Of a stretch of DNA of 40,029 nucleotides, positions 25,076 to 33,843 are shown piece after piece. The DNA is from an uncultured bacterium. Lineage in GTDB: Bacteria; Patescibacteriota; Patescibacteriia; CAIQCM01. The position numbers were made by a program, and so were the translations under genes. The notes under the pieces were generated by a model. It ran no database searches. It was not told the origin of the DNA and was given only the letters and a program-made list of their open reading frames with translations. The stretch covers positions 845,537 through 885,565 of the forward strand of contig OY970181.1 of NCBI GenBank assembly GCA_963708045.1, in the 5' to 3' direction. The number at the start of each line of letters is the position of its first letter. Position 1 is the first letter of the stretch.

Positions 25076-25187
25076 TTTGGCGTCATCCCGAGGAGCGGTA
25101 GCGATGAGGGAACTCAAAGTCTTAAAGCAAGCCCAGAGATTCCTCACCCTAGACAAACCGACGTTATGGGTTCGGAATGACGCCGAA
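25076..25187. repeat. Nested palindromic REP/MITE-like element (GTCAT...ATGAC type)
   Basis: Outer IR TTTGGCGTCATCCCGA / TCGGAATGACGCCGAA (14/16 match) and inner IR TGAGGGAACTC / GAGATTCCTCA. Confidence 0.65.
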
Positions 25188-25292
25188 GTCAAACGCCTTA
25201 ACCGCTAGTTGACGAGTTCTTCAAGATATGTGATTATATTTTGAAATTAAGCTCTTGGGCTTAATCGTACCCCCAACAAAAAGGAGACTGGT

Positions 25293-25691
25293 ATGCTTGA
25301 ACTGCATTTGTTTATTTTGGATGATCAGCGGTCACTTCGGGAAAAGCAACTTCGTTGTGAACAGCAGTTAGTGATGCCCTTTGACGTGGAGATCTTTGCT
25401 CAGTTGATTTGCCTCGCTCCACAAGATCGGGTCGGAATTACTGATTTACCCGAGCGTCCAACAATTAGACGCTATCCTGTTCCCCTTGGACTCAAACTCA
25501 TATTTTCAAGCGAAGATAACGGGTTCGTGGCGCGAAGCAACGATGATCGTGGCAATGCCTTGACCTACACGTATGCCGGCGATCTTGCACGCCTAACAAA
25601 GCCCGAACACGCCACGGAGCGAAACAAGGCCGTCTTCGCCTATGTCAAAGCTCTTCCTCCAAAAACCCCGATCGTTCTTTGGTGGCGCTGA
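25293..25691 (+). CDS. Hypothetical protein
   Basis: 132-aa ORF with AAGGAG SD, TTGACG at 25209 and its own terminator. Confidence 0.7.
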   Translation: MLELHLFILDDQRSLREKQLRCEQQLVMPFDVEIFAQLICLAPQDRVGITDLPERPTIRRYPVPLGLKLIFSSEDNGFVARSNDDRGNALTYTYAGDLARLTKPEHATERNKAVFAYVKALPPKTPIVLWWR

Positions 25692-25715
25692 TCGCACAAC
25701 ATCATAGAAGACGCA

Positions 25716-25745
25716 AAAGCCGGACACGTAGAACTGTCCGGCTTT
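25716..25745 (+). terminator. Intrinsic terminator
   Basis: AAAGCCGGACA-CGTAGAAC-TGTCCGGCTTT. Confidence 0.75.
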
Positions 25746-25803
25746 AATCATATTCATTAAAAATAAAGTAGCCAAAACTTATGTTTTTTGTTATCCTAAA
25801 TTA

Positions 25804-27282
25804 ATGCTTGAAACAAAAAACGTGGCTAAAAATACAGCGTTTTTAACGGGGGGACTTATCGCTCAAAAAGTCCTTTCTTTTGTGTATTTTTTATTCTTGG
25901 CGCGATTTTTGGGAAAAGACGCGGTGGGAAAATATCTTTACGCTTTGTCGTTTATGACCGCCTTTTCAATCATTTCCGACCTTGGTTTTCAGCAGGTTGT
26001 TATTCGGGAAGTGGCGAAAGCCAAAGAGCGTGCCGCGATTGTTTTAAAAAATGCGCTAGCGGTAAGAGTCTTGCTTTCTTTTTTTGCCGCCGCCTGCCTT
26101 ATTGTCGTCGCTATTGTTACCGAACGCGATGCGGTGCGGTTGGATCTAATTCTGTTTTCATCGGTGATTATAATTTTTGACGCCATTCAAGTTACAAATT
26201 ATGCCGCCCTGCGCGGCTTTCAAAATTTAAAATACGAAGCTCTAGGAATTGTTATCGGACAAATTATCACAATCGGCGCTAGTGCTTTAATAATTTTTTC
26301 AAAATTACCAATTACGTATCTTGTCTTGCCGCTAGCCGCGGGTTCACTCTGGAACGCCGCGTATTCGGGATATTTTGTTTCCAAACTTTCTAAAACGCCA
26401 GTAAGGCCAAGGTTTGATTTCTCGGTCATTAAAATGCTCGCCATTTCGGCCGCGCCTTTTGCCCTCTCATCTATTTTTGTTAAAATTTACTCCACCGTTG
26501 ATTCAATTATGCTTGGTCGTCTTAGCGGAGACGCAGCCTTGGCCGCTTACGGCATACCGTACAAATTTGTTTTTGCTTTTCAATTCATACCCATTGCCTT
26601 GGCTGCCGCTCTTTATCCAACTTTTACGACTTTAGTTGCGTCTGGCGAAAAAGAAAAAGCCGGCGCGGTTTTTGCTGGCGCTTTTCGCTACCTTGGACTT
26701 ATTGTTTTGCCGCTTGTCGCGGGCATGATTGTTTTAGCCGCGCCGCTTATGACAAAACTTTATGGTGCTAATTATACCGCGTCAGCAATTATTCTCTCAA
26801 TTCTTTCTTTTGCCTTAATCTCGGCCTTCCTAGATTTTCCCGTTGGCGCGCTATTGAACGGCGCGCACCGACAAAATATTCAAACTTTTTGGATGGGAAT
26901 CACCGTTTTTGTAAATATTTTGTTAAATTTGATATTAATTCCGCGCTTTGGTGCGATTGGCGCGGCGATTGCCGCTGTTATCGGCAACTTTATTCTATTT
27001 ATTGGCGGCCTTGTTTATGTTCCTAAAATTATATTCTTTTACGGAAAAAACATTATTAAATCGCTTTTAAAAACCGCCATCGCGAGTACGCTGATGGCGC
27101 TAGTGGTTTTTTTTGCTGCCCAAAAAATACCTTTGTTTGTTTCCGTGGTGTTAGGCGTTGTTGTTTATATTATCCTTGTAATCGCTCTTAAAGAGGTTGG
27201 TCTGAACGATTGGCGCGAGGCGCGCTTGTTATTTTCTAAAAAACCTCACCTCGCAGACACTTCCCTTGAGTCAAAATTATGA
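25804..27282 (+). CDS. Wzx-type oligosaccharide flippase (MOP superfamily)
   Basis: About 14 TM segments with motifs KNTAFL, ARFLG, SDLG, VDSIMLG and NILLNLILIPRFGAIGAAIA. Confidence 0.9.
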   Translation: MLETKNVAKNTAFLTGGLIAQKVLSFVYFLFLARFLGKDAVGKYLYALSFMTAFSIISDLGFQQVVIREVAKAKERAAIVLKNALAVRVLLSFFAAACLIVVAIVTERDAVRLDLILFSSVIIIFDAIQVTNYAALRGFQNLKYEALGIVIGQIITIGASALIIFSKLPITYLVLPLAAGSLWNAAYSGYFVSKLSKTPVRPRFDFSVIKMLAISAAPFALSSIFVKIYSTVDSIMLGRLSGDAALAAYGIPYKFVFAFQFIPIALAAALYPTFTTLVASGEKEKAGAVFAGAFRYLGLIVLPLVAGMIVLAAPLMTKLYGANYTASAIILSILSFALISAFLDFPVGALLNGAHRQNIQTFWMGITVFVNILLNLILIPRFGAIGAAIAAVIGNFILFIGGLVYVPKIIFFYGKNIIKSLLKTAIASTLMALVVFFAAQKIPLFVSVVLGVVVYIILVIALKEVGLNDWREARLLFSKKPHLADTSLESKL

Positions 27283-28277
27283 AAACACTTTTTCTTACCT
27301 TGGAATATCCTCCACAAAAAGGTGGCATCGCGAGTTATCTTGAGCCACTGGTTAAAAACGCGCCAAAAGAAATTGAGGTTGAAGTTGTTGTTCCAAAAAA
27401 AGATGAACACTGGACAAAAACTGTGTTCAGTTTAAAAAATAACGCCGACCTCATGGTTATTTCGCACGCCATTCCAATCGGATACGTTGTTTTGTTAAAT
27501 AAAAAACGCTATGTCGTAATTTGTCACGGCACCGATATTTTGACGGCGCGACGTTCGGTATGGAAACGCTTTCTCTTTCGTTTTGTTTTAAAACGCGCCG
27601 TGCTCGTTATTGCTAATAGCAAATTTACTGCTAAACTTTTGGAAGAAGAGGGGATTAAAAACGTCAAAATCGTTTATCCCTCAGTTTTGGTCGGTTTAGG
27701 CTCTAGACCCTCTACCTTAGACGCAAAGATAATCTCCGTCGGCCGCTTGGTACCAAGAAAAGGATTTGATACGCTTATAAAAGCAATGCCCGCCGTTATT
27801 AAACAGTTCCCCAATACTCACCTAACAATTGTTGGCTCGGGTTCATACTTTGAAGAATTAGATCGTTTGGCGCACGAACTGCGCGTAGAAAATTTTGTTG
27901 ATATCTTGACCAATATTGACGATGCCACCAAAAATGAGCTATACGATCAAGCGTCGGTTTTTGTCTTGCCGGCGCGCGCAGAAGGAACCGATGTTGAGGG
28001 ATTTGGCATTGTAACTTTGGAAGCTTCGGCACACGGACTGCCGGTTATCGTAGGTAATTCGGGCGGCGCCGGCGAGGCGGTCAAGGACGGAATAACTGGT
28101 CTTCTGGTTGATCCGTTAGACACATCTGGTCTGGCTCAAAAAATAATTACTCTTCTAACTAATCGGGAAACGGCAGAAAAAATGGGCGCGGCGGGAAAAA
28201 TATTTGCCAAAGAATTTTCGCCAGAAAATAATGCCGCAAACTTTTGGAAAATAATTAGCACTCTAAATGTCAACTAA
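27279..28277 (+). CDS. Glycosyltransferase family 4
   Basis: YPPQKGGIA, HGTD, VGRLVPRKG and EGFGIVTLEA (ExxxxxxxE motif). Confidence 0.92.
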   Translation: MKTLFLTLEYPPQKGGIASYLEPLVKNAPKEIEVEVVVPKKDEHWTKTVFSLKNNADLMVISHAIPIGYVVLLNKKRYVVICHGTDILTARRSVWKRFLFRFVLKRAVLVIANSKFTAKLLEEEGIKNVKIVYPSVLVGLGSRPSTLDAKIISVGRLVPRKGFDTLIKAMPAVIKQFPNTHLTIVGSGSYFEELDRLAHELRVENFVDILTNIDDATKNELYDQASVFVLPARAEGTDVEGFGIVTLEASAHGLPVIVGNSGGAGEAVKDGITGLLVDPLDTSGLAQKIITLLTNRETAEKMGAAGKIFAKEFSPENNAANFWKIISTLNVN

Positions 28278-30519
28278 CACACCGGAGATATCGGTTATTA
28301 TTCCTACTTTTCAACATGCCGACACTTTGCCAGCCTGTCTAAATTCAGTTTTTAATCAAACCTTTAAGGATTTTGAAGTGATTGTCATTAATGACGGCTC
28401 AACCGACAACACCGAAGAAATCATTAAGCCATATTTAAATAAGCTTACTTACCATAAAACTGAAAACAACGGCGCGCAAAAAGCGCGCAACGCTGGCTTT
28501 GCTCTTTCGCGGGGTCGTTTTGTTATTTTTTGCGATGCTGACATTGTTATGAAGCCGACAATGTTAGAAAAACTTCATACCGCCCTTGGCAACAATAAAA
28601 ATGCATCTTTTGCTTACGCGGGTTTTCGTTTTGGGCTAGCTCATTTCCGGCCAGAAGTTTTTAGTGCCGAGCGTTTGCGACAAATAAATTATATTCATAC
28701 CACAACGCTTATTAGGCGCGATGATTTTCCTGGTTTTGACGAACAACTTAAACGTTTTCACGATTGGGACCTTTGGCTAACGATGACGGATCGCGGAAAA
28801 ACCGGCGTTGCGGTAATGGAAACGCTTTTTAGCGCCACGCCAAGACGCGAAGGAATGAAGTACGCCATTAGTGAGTGGTTGCCAAAAATTTTTTACTCGC
28901 GTTTTTTTGACGCTTTGGGAATCAAGCCAAAAGCCGTAAAACGATATCGCGAAGCGGCGGCGGTTATTAGGAAAAAACATGCTCTACCGGTTTATGATTT
29001 TGCTCCGGGTGGAGGACCGTCGTGGGTGTGGTTTCTTGCAATTTTTGCTGTTTCCGCCGCCTCTTTTGGCCATCATTGGATAGGAACGGTTGTATCTCTG
29101 CTTTATCTTGTTATCACTCTTAAAATGGCCTCCAAACGGCTTATTTATGGCGTTGGTTTTGAACTGGCTGAACTAATTTTTGGTTCTTTGGCAGGAAAAA
29201 CTTTGGCTTTATCTTTGTTTGGTTTTTCATTACCACTCCGCTATGCGCTTTTTGCTGTCGTTGGCGCAGTTTGGTTAGTGCGTTTGCTTCAGGGTAGAAT
29301 TCGCCGTCCGACAAAAAATCTCGTTTTTGCCCTGGTCGCGCTTTTAGCTATGGTTGGGTGGGGGATCGTAAATGGTATTTTGCATAACATACCTTTGCGT
29401 GATGTATTTTTTGATGCCAACGCATATCTCGCCATGCCGATGATTTTGTTTTTCTTTTCCGCGGCGGAAAATGAGGCTGATCAAAAAATATTACTAAAAA
29501 TTTTAAAAAACGGCAGTATCGCGCTCGCAATTATTACAATTGCCGCCTTATATTTTTTCAGCCATCAATTTTATAACCCGATCGGCGTTTTTGTTTATAA
29601 GTGGTTACGCGACAGTCGTATTGCCGAAATTACGGCTTTAAACGGCGGCATCTACCGCGTCTTTATTCAGTCACAGATATTTTGTCTTTTTGCATTTTTT
29701 TACGCGACCCTACGCAGTGAAGAAAAAAACAATCCTTGGCAATGGGCAATTTTACCGGCCGCGGCGCTAATTATTTCAGGCTCGCGAAGTTTTGCTCTGG
29801 GTATAATTTGCGCGTTTGCTATCTGGTTAATTATGTCGCTTGCGTTGTCGTTTCCGCTTAGGAAAAGAATTTGGAATATTTTTAGCGGGATCACAATAAA
29901 AAAAATAATCTTAATAACGATTGGTGGGGCGATGATTTATGGTTTATTTTTATTTTTTCCTCTCCCTTCGCCGCGCAATCAAACGTCGTTCCAAGATATG
30001 TTGCGTTCAAGACAAGTTTCGGATCGCGATGCGGCAACAACTTCGCGCTGGAGTTTGCTTAAAAAACTAAATGAAAAAATTGCCGAGGCGCCAATTTTAG
30101 GAAGCGGCTTTGGCACGACCGTAACTTATCAAAGTGCCGACCCGCGGATTATTAGCGCAACTGGTGGAACATATACAACCAACGCTTTTGAATGGAATTA
30201 TCATGATATTCTTATAAAAACTGGTCTTTTTGGGCTTCTTGCTTATGCCTATCTGCTCTTTGTTATTTTTTCTTTTTTAAATAAAGCCGATACCAAAAAC
30301 CGTCTCTGGTTAATTCCAACATTTTTTGCCCTGCTCGCAATTAACGCCGTTAGTCCGTTTTTAAATCATCCTTTGGGTATTGGCTGCTTGGCACTGCTTC
30401 TCGCGTTTGCCCAAAAAAAACAAGGAAAGATTGAACCGGTTGCAATTTCTGAGATGGTAAAAAATTCTTCTCCCGCCCCACTGGCTATCCCAGGTCTTGC
30501 AATGACCAGTAAAGAATAA
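28267..30519 (+). CDS. Fusion of glycosyltransferase family 2 (N-terminal) and an O-antigen ligase/Wzy_C-like multi-TM domain
   Basis: N-terminal ISVIIPTF, NDGSTD, ARNAG, FCDAD and DWDLW. This is followed by about 12 TM segments with ISGSRS and RW..L...I.EAPILGSGFG. Confidence 0.82.
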   Translation: MSTNTPEISVIIPTFQHADTLPACLNSVFNQTFKDFEVIVINDGSTDNTEEIIKPYLNKLTYHKTENNGAQKARNAGFALSRGRFVIFCDADIVMKPTMLEKLHTALGNNKNASFAYAGFRFGLAHFRPEVFSAERLRQINYIHTTTLIRRDDFPGFDEQLKRFHDWDLWLTMTDRGKTGVAVMETLFSATPRREGMKYAISEWLPKIFYSRFFDALGIKPKAVKRYREAAAVIRKKHALPVYDFAPGGGPSWVWFLAIFAVSAASFGHHWIGTVVSLLYLVITLKMASKRLIYGVGFELAELIFGSLAGKTLALSLFGFSLPLRYALFAVVGAVWLVRLLQGRIRRPTKNLVFALVALLAMVGWGIVNGILHNIPLRDVFFDANAYLAMPMILFFFSAAENEADQKILLKILKNGSIALAIITIAALYFFSHQFYNPIGVFVYKWLRDSRIAEITALNGGIYRVFIQSQIFCLFAFFYATLRSEEKNNPWQWAILPAAALIISGSRSFALGIICAFAIWLIMSLALSFPLRKRIWNIFSGITIKKIILITIGGAMIYGLFLFFPLPSPRNQTSFQDMLRSRQVSDRDAATTSRWSLLKKLNEKIAEAPILGSGFGTTVTYQSADPRIISATGGTYTTNAFEWNYHDILIKTGLFGLLAYAYLLFVIFSFLNKADTKNRLWLIPTFFALLAINAVSPFLNHPLGIGCLALLLAFAQKKQGKIEPVAISEMVKNSSPAPLAIPGLAMTSKE

Positions 30520-30667
30520 GTTTGTTCCCTGTGGATTCTTGTTAGTTCGTTGTTGTGTTATAATTAGAGCAAATGAAAGGGCTGTGGAGAAAATAAGTTC
30601 GTGTTATTCCAGCTGGAAACGCGACTAACGATACTCACCGCTAACATTTAAGAAAGGGGGTAACCTA

Positions 30668-31177
30668 ATGATCACTAAAAACAATAAAGGTTTTACGTTG
30701 GTTGAACTTTTGGTTGTCATCGCTATCATTGGCCTTCTTTCAACGATTGCTGTCATTTCTATGACCTCTACTCGTTCAAAGGGTCGCGATGCTACGCGTA
30801 TTGCCGACGTTAAACAAATCTCAACCGCGCTTGAGCAATATTATACCGATAACAGCAGTTACCCGGGCGCCGTTCTTGCCGGAATTGCTTTGGGTAGCAC
30901 TAACTTTGCATGTTTAAATAGCGCCTCCGGTTTTACTACAACCGCCTGCACCTCGCCACTTATGGCAACGGTGCCGGTTTACCCAGGAACAGCTTCTGGA
31001 ACTTGCGCGACTTCATACGCAACAACGAGCTACTTGGCTCAATTCTGTTATTTCAGCGAAACAGCTGCCGCTGCTTCGGCAAATTACAAAATAACTTTTT
31101 TGCTTGAAAACGGATTTAACGGAACCGCCAACAAAAACTGTGTTTATTCTAACGCCTCTGGTCTTTCTTGCAGCTAA
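30668..31177 (+). CDS. Type IV pilin / pseudopilin (probable major pilin)
   Basis: Class III signal KG|FTLVELLVVIAIIG and C-terminal Cys residues. It has a strong SD (AAAGGGGG), TATAAT at 30559 and its own terminator. Confidence 0.9.
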   Translation: MITKNNKGFTLVELLVVIAIIGLLSTIAVISMTSTRSKGRDATRIADVKQISTALEQYYTDNSSYPGAVLAGIALGSTNFACLNSASGFTTTACTSPLMATVPVYPGTASGTCATSYATTSYLAQFCYFSETAAAASANYKITFLLENGFNGTANKNCVYSNASGLSCS

Positions 31178-31200
31178 TCGTTATAGAAATTCAGCTTTCT

Positions 31201-31230
31201 CAAAACGCGTCCCACAGGGGACGCGTTTTG
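31201..31230 (+). terminator. Intrinsic terminator after pilin 1
   Basis: CAAAACGCGTCCC-ACAG-GGGACGCGTTTTG. Confidence 0.85.
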
Positions 31231-31257
31231 CGTTAATAGATGATATAATATTATTCT

Positions 31258-31755
31258 ATGTCTCGTCGCCGCGCTTTTACTCTTGTTGAACTTCTGGTCG
31301 TTATCGCGATCATCGGCTTATTGTCAACGGTAGCAGTTGTGGCAACGGCAAATGCGCGCATCAAGGCCCGTAACACCAAGCGTATTGCCGATATCCGGCA
31401 GATTATTACCGCTTTAAATATGGGCTATGCTGCTGAAGAAAGTTTTCCAGCAAGCGCCGTTGTCTGCATTAGCTCGGTTTGCACGGGCGGATACAGCGGC
31501 TATCCATCAAATTCCACAGTCAATTCCTTCCTAAGTCCTTACATACCCAACAAGGCAGTTTATCCGTTGCCAGCCCCTGGTTATGGTGGCTATCTTTACG
31601 TAGGCAGCTTCGCCGGCACCATCGGAGTGGATGGCAATATTCCAGCCGGTCCAATAGTCGCGTACATGTTAGAAGGCGATGTCTCGTGCGTTGGGTTAGG
31701 CATAGCAAATGTCAGGACCTCTGCTTATACAGAATGTATATATAATTTGTCGTAG
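31258..31755 (+). CDS. Type IV pilin-like protein 2
   Basis: RRRA|FTLVELLVVIAIIG and four Cys in the head domain. Confidence 0.9.
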   Translation: MSRRRAFTLVELLVVIAIIGLLSTVAVVATANARIKARNTKRIADIRQIITALNMGYAAEESFPASAVVCISSVCTGGYSGYPSNSTVNSFLSPYIPNKAVYPLPAPGYGGYLYVGSFAGTIGVDGNIPAGPIVAYMLEGDVSCVGLGIANVRTSAYTECIYNLS

Positions 31756-31757
31756 CT

Positions 31758-32267
31758 ATGTTCCATCGCCGCGCTTTTACTCTAGTTGAGCTTCTGGTCG
31801 TTATCGCGATCATTGGTTTGCTTTCCACAATCGCCGTGGTGAGTTTGAGTTCGGCGCGGTCAAAGGCGCGAAACGCGAAAAAGATTGGTGATGTTAAACA
31901 ACTCACAACTGCCTTAAATTTAGCCTACTTTGATAGCGCTACGAGTAAATATCCCTTGGGTCCCGGTGTAAGCTGGGCATGTTTAAGCACGGTTTGTACT
32001 GGTTGGAGTGGTCAATTTGTTGGTTATCAGAGTCTTGACGACACTCTAATTCCAACGTATTTAAAATCAAAACCCATTTACCCAGAGTCTAGCACCAACC
32101 CGACAGGTGGTGGGTATATTTATAATAGCGCCTGGGGTGGAGACACGGGCATGCCAAGCGGCATTGTCTTGCTTTATGTGCTTGAAGGTGTTGTCTCGTG
32201 CCCAATGGGAAAACTTTATGGCACACCTACAGTCAATACAAGCTGTGTTATATATTTTCAAGAATAA
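31758..32267 (+). CDS. Type IV pilin-like protein 3
   Basis: RRA|FTLVELLVVIAIIG and four Cys in the head domain. Confidence 0.9.
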   Translation: MFHRRAFTLVELLVVIAIIGLLSTIAVVSLSSARSKARNAKKIGDVKQLTTALNLAYFDSATSKYPLGPGVSWACLSTVCTGWSGQFVGYQSLDDTLIPTYLKSKPIYPESSTNPTGGGYIYNSAWGGDTGMPSGIVLLYVLEGVVSCPMGKLYGTPTVNTSCVIYFQE

Positions 32268-32318
32268 TTTTACTATTTTAAAAACTTTTTTCGTTAAAAG
32301 ATGTTAGAATATTATTCT

Positions 32319-32840
32319 ATGCCTCGTCGCCGCGCTTTTACTCTTGTTGAACTCCTGGTCGTTATCGCGATCATTGGTTTGCTTTCCACAATCGCCGTGG
32401 TGAGTTTGAGTTCGGCGCGGTCAAAGGCGAGAAATACTAAACGCGGCGCCGATCTGAAGCAACTGACAACAATTATGCAATTAATATACGACCAGACCGG
32501 AATTTTCCCTGCAAGCAATGCAACAGTTGCTGATACTTGGGCGTGTGTTAGTAAAAATTGCCGCGACGGTTGGGCGACGATAGGTTCTTATAATGCACTA
32601 GATACTGCGATTTTAAATTATATATCATCTAAACCCGATGACCCAATTGGCGGAAATAGAGGTTATGCTGGCTATCTTTATAACGGCGGATTTCCGGGAG
32701 GAACCGGTGCAACAACAATTGTTTTTCCTAGTGCCCCAACTCTGAATTATCTTTTAGAGCCTCCAGCAACGACATGTCCCGTTGGGCTACCGTGGAGTAC
32801 GACCGGCTCTTATACACAATGCTATATTTCTCTTAACTAA
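32319..32840 (+). CDS. Type IV pilin-like protein 4
   Basis: MPRRRA|FTLVELL. Start placed at 32319 by alignment with pilin 2. Confidence 0.9.
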   Translation: MPRRRAFTLVELLVVIAIIGLLSTIAVVSLSSARSKARNTKRGADLKQLTTIMQLIYDQTGIFPASNATVADTWACVSKNCRDGWATIGSYNALDTAILNYISSKPDDPIGGNRGYAGYLYNGGFPGGTGATTIVFPSAPTLNYLLEPPATTCPVGLPWSTTGSYTQCYISLN

Positions 32841-32859
32841 TTAACCTTCACCTCTTTAA

Positions 32860-33843
32860 CTATTTTAAAACTTTTCCAATAAAATCTTGGTGGCCGTTTA
32901 AAAATACTTGACCAGGCATCGGCTTGCCGCCGGCAAGTTGGATCTCATTTAAAATAATATGACCGTCCGCGCAGGCAACGGTTAATTTTTTATCTAAAAC
33001 AACTATCGTTCCCGGTGGTTCATAAACCACCTTACCCTCACCTACCTTAAGGGAGTGGACGGACACGTTATTATTTTTCTCGTATATTGACGCACTGTGG
33101 ATTAACAGCATTGCACCATCAAACATTGTCCACGCTGGCGTAACGCCGTGCATTGCCCGAACTACGCGGTCAATTTCGGTAACTGATTTTTGCCAATCAA
33201 TTTTTGCTGAATCAGATTCTATAAGTTTACAAAAAGTGGCTTGATCGTTGTCTTGTGGCTTTGGTTCAGTCTTTCCATTAAGATAATCAATCAACTCTTT
33301 CCCGATCATCTCGGCGCCAACCGGCGCGAGCGTAGCACTAAGTGAAGTGGTTGTTTCGTCACCTTTAAGATCAACACGACGGCAAGTAATTACAGGGCCG
33401 TGATCCATACCCTCGTCCAAAACCATGAGACAAACACCCGTCTCTTTGTCGCCTTCAAGAATAGCTGCGGTAATTGGTGACGCGCCGCGATATTTAGGGA
33501 GGAGCGAGGGGTGGATATTAACAAAACCGCGCGGCAGGGCTTCAAGTAGGCGTTTGGGAATTAAATTACCATACGCAACAACCACCGCCAGTTCAGCGCC
33601 AAGCGCGATAATGTTATCAAGCGCTTGGTCTTTGAGTTTTTCCGGTTGAAGAATAGAAATACCCAGCTCGGTGGCAATTTTTTTTACTGGCGAAGGAGTC
33701 AATATCTGCTTTCTTCCGACCGGACGATCTGGCTGTGTAATAACCCGAACAACATCAAAGTTGGCATTTTCAACTAATGCCCTTAGTGCCGGCACGGCAA
33801 ACTCTGGCGTGCCGAAGAAGATTGTCCTTATAGGATGAACCAT
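32860..33843 (-). CDS. fmt: Methionyl-tRNA formyltransferase
   Basis: FFGTPEFA, TQPDRPVGR, VVAYG, NIHPSLLPKYRGASP and GMDHG. The alternative start at 33864 lies further into the heptamer repeat. Confidence 0.96.
   Translation of the reverse strand: MVHPIRTIFFGTPEFAVPALRALVENANFDVVRVITQPDRPVGRKQILTPSPVKKIATELGISILQPEKLKDQALDNIIALGAELAVVVAYGNLIPKRLLEALPRGFVNIHPSLLPKYRGASPITAAILEGDKETGVCLMVLDEGMDHGPVITCRRVDLKGDETTTSLSATLAPVGAEMIGKELIDYLNGKTEPKPQDNDQATFCKLIESDSAKIDWQKSVTEIDRVVRAMHGVTPAWTMFDGAMLLIHSASIYEKNNNVSVHSLKVGEGKVVYEPPGTIVVLDKKLTVACADGHIILNEIQLAGGKPMPGQVFLNGHQDFIGKVLK

Noticed and set aside
24974-25180. 68-aa ORF after rpsI
   Set aside because: It starts inside the terminator and runs through the palindromic element, with no RBS.
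25709-25745. GACGCAAAAGCC resembling a c-di-GMP-I riboswitch junction
   Set aside because: The upstream GGCAAACC/GNRA stem is missing, and the hairpin is adequately explained as a terminator.
27697-27724. Weak 7-nt periodicity (TAGGCTC TAGACCC ... TAGACGC) in the GT4 linker
   Set aside because: Too short and degenerate to distinguish from chance.
30529-30592. Two DnaA-box-like sequences (TGTGGATTC, TGTGGAGAA) around the pilin promoter
   Set aside because: There are only two, with 1-2 mismatches each. This is not enough to call oriC or DnaA regulation.
31247-32840. Shufflon or invertible pilin system
   Set aside because: All pilins are in direct orientation, and no inverted recombination sites or recombinase gene are present.
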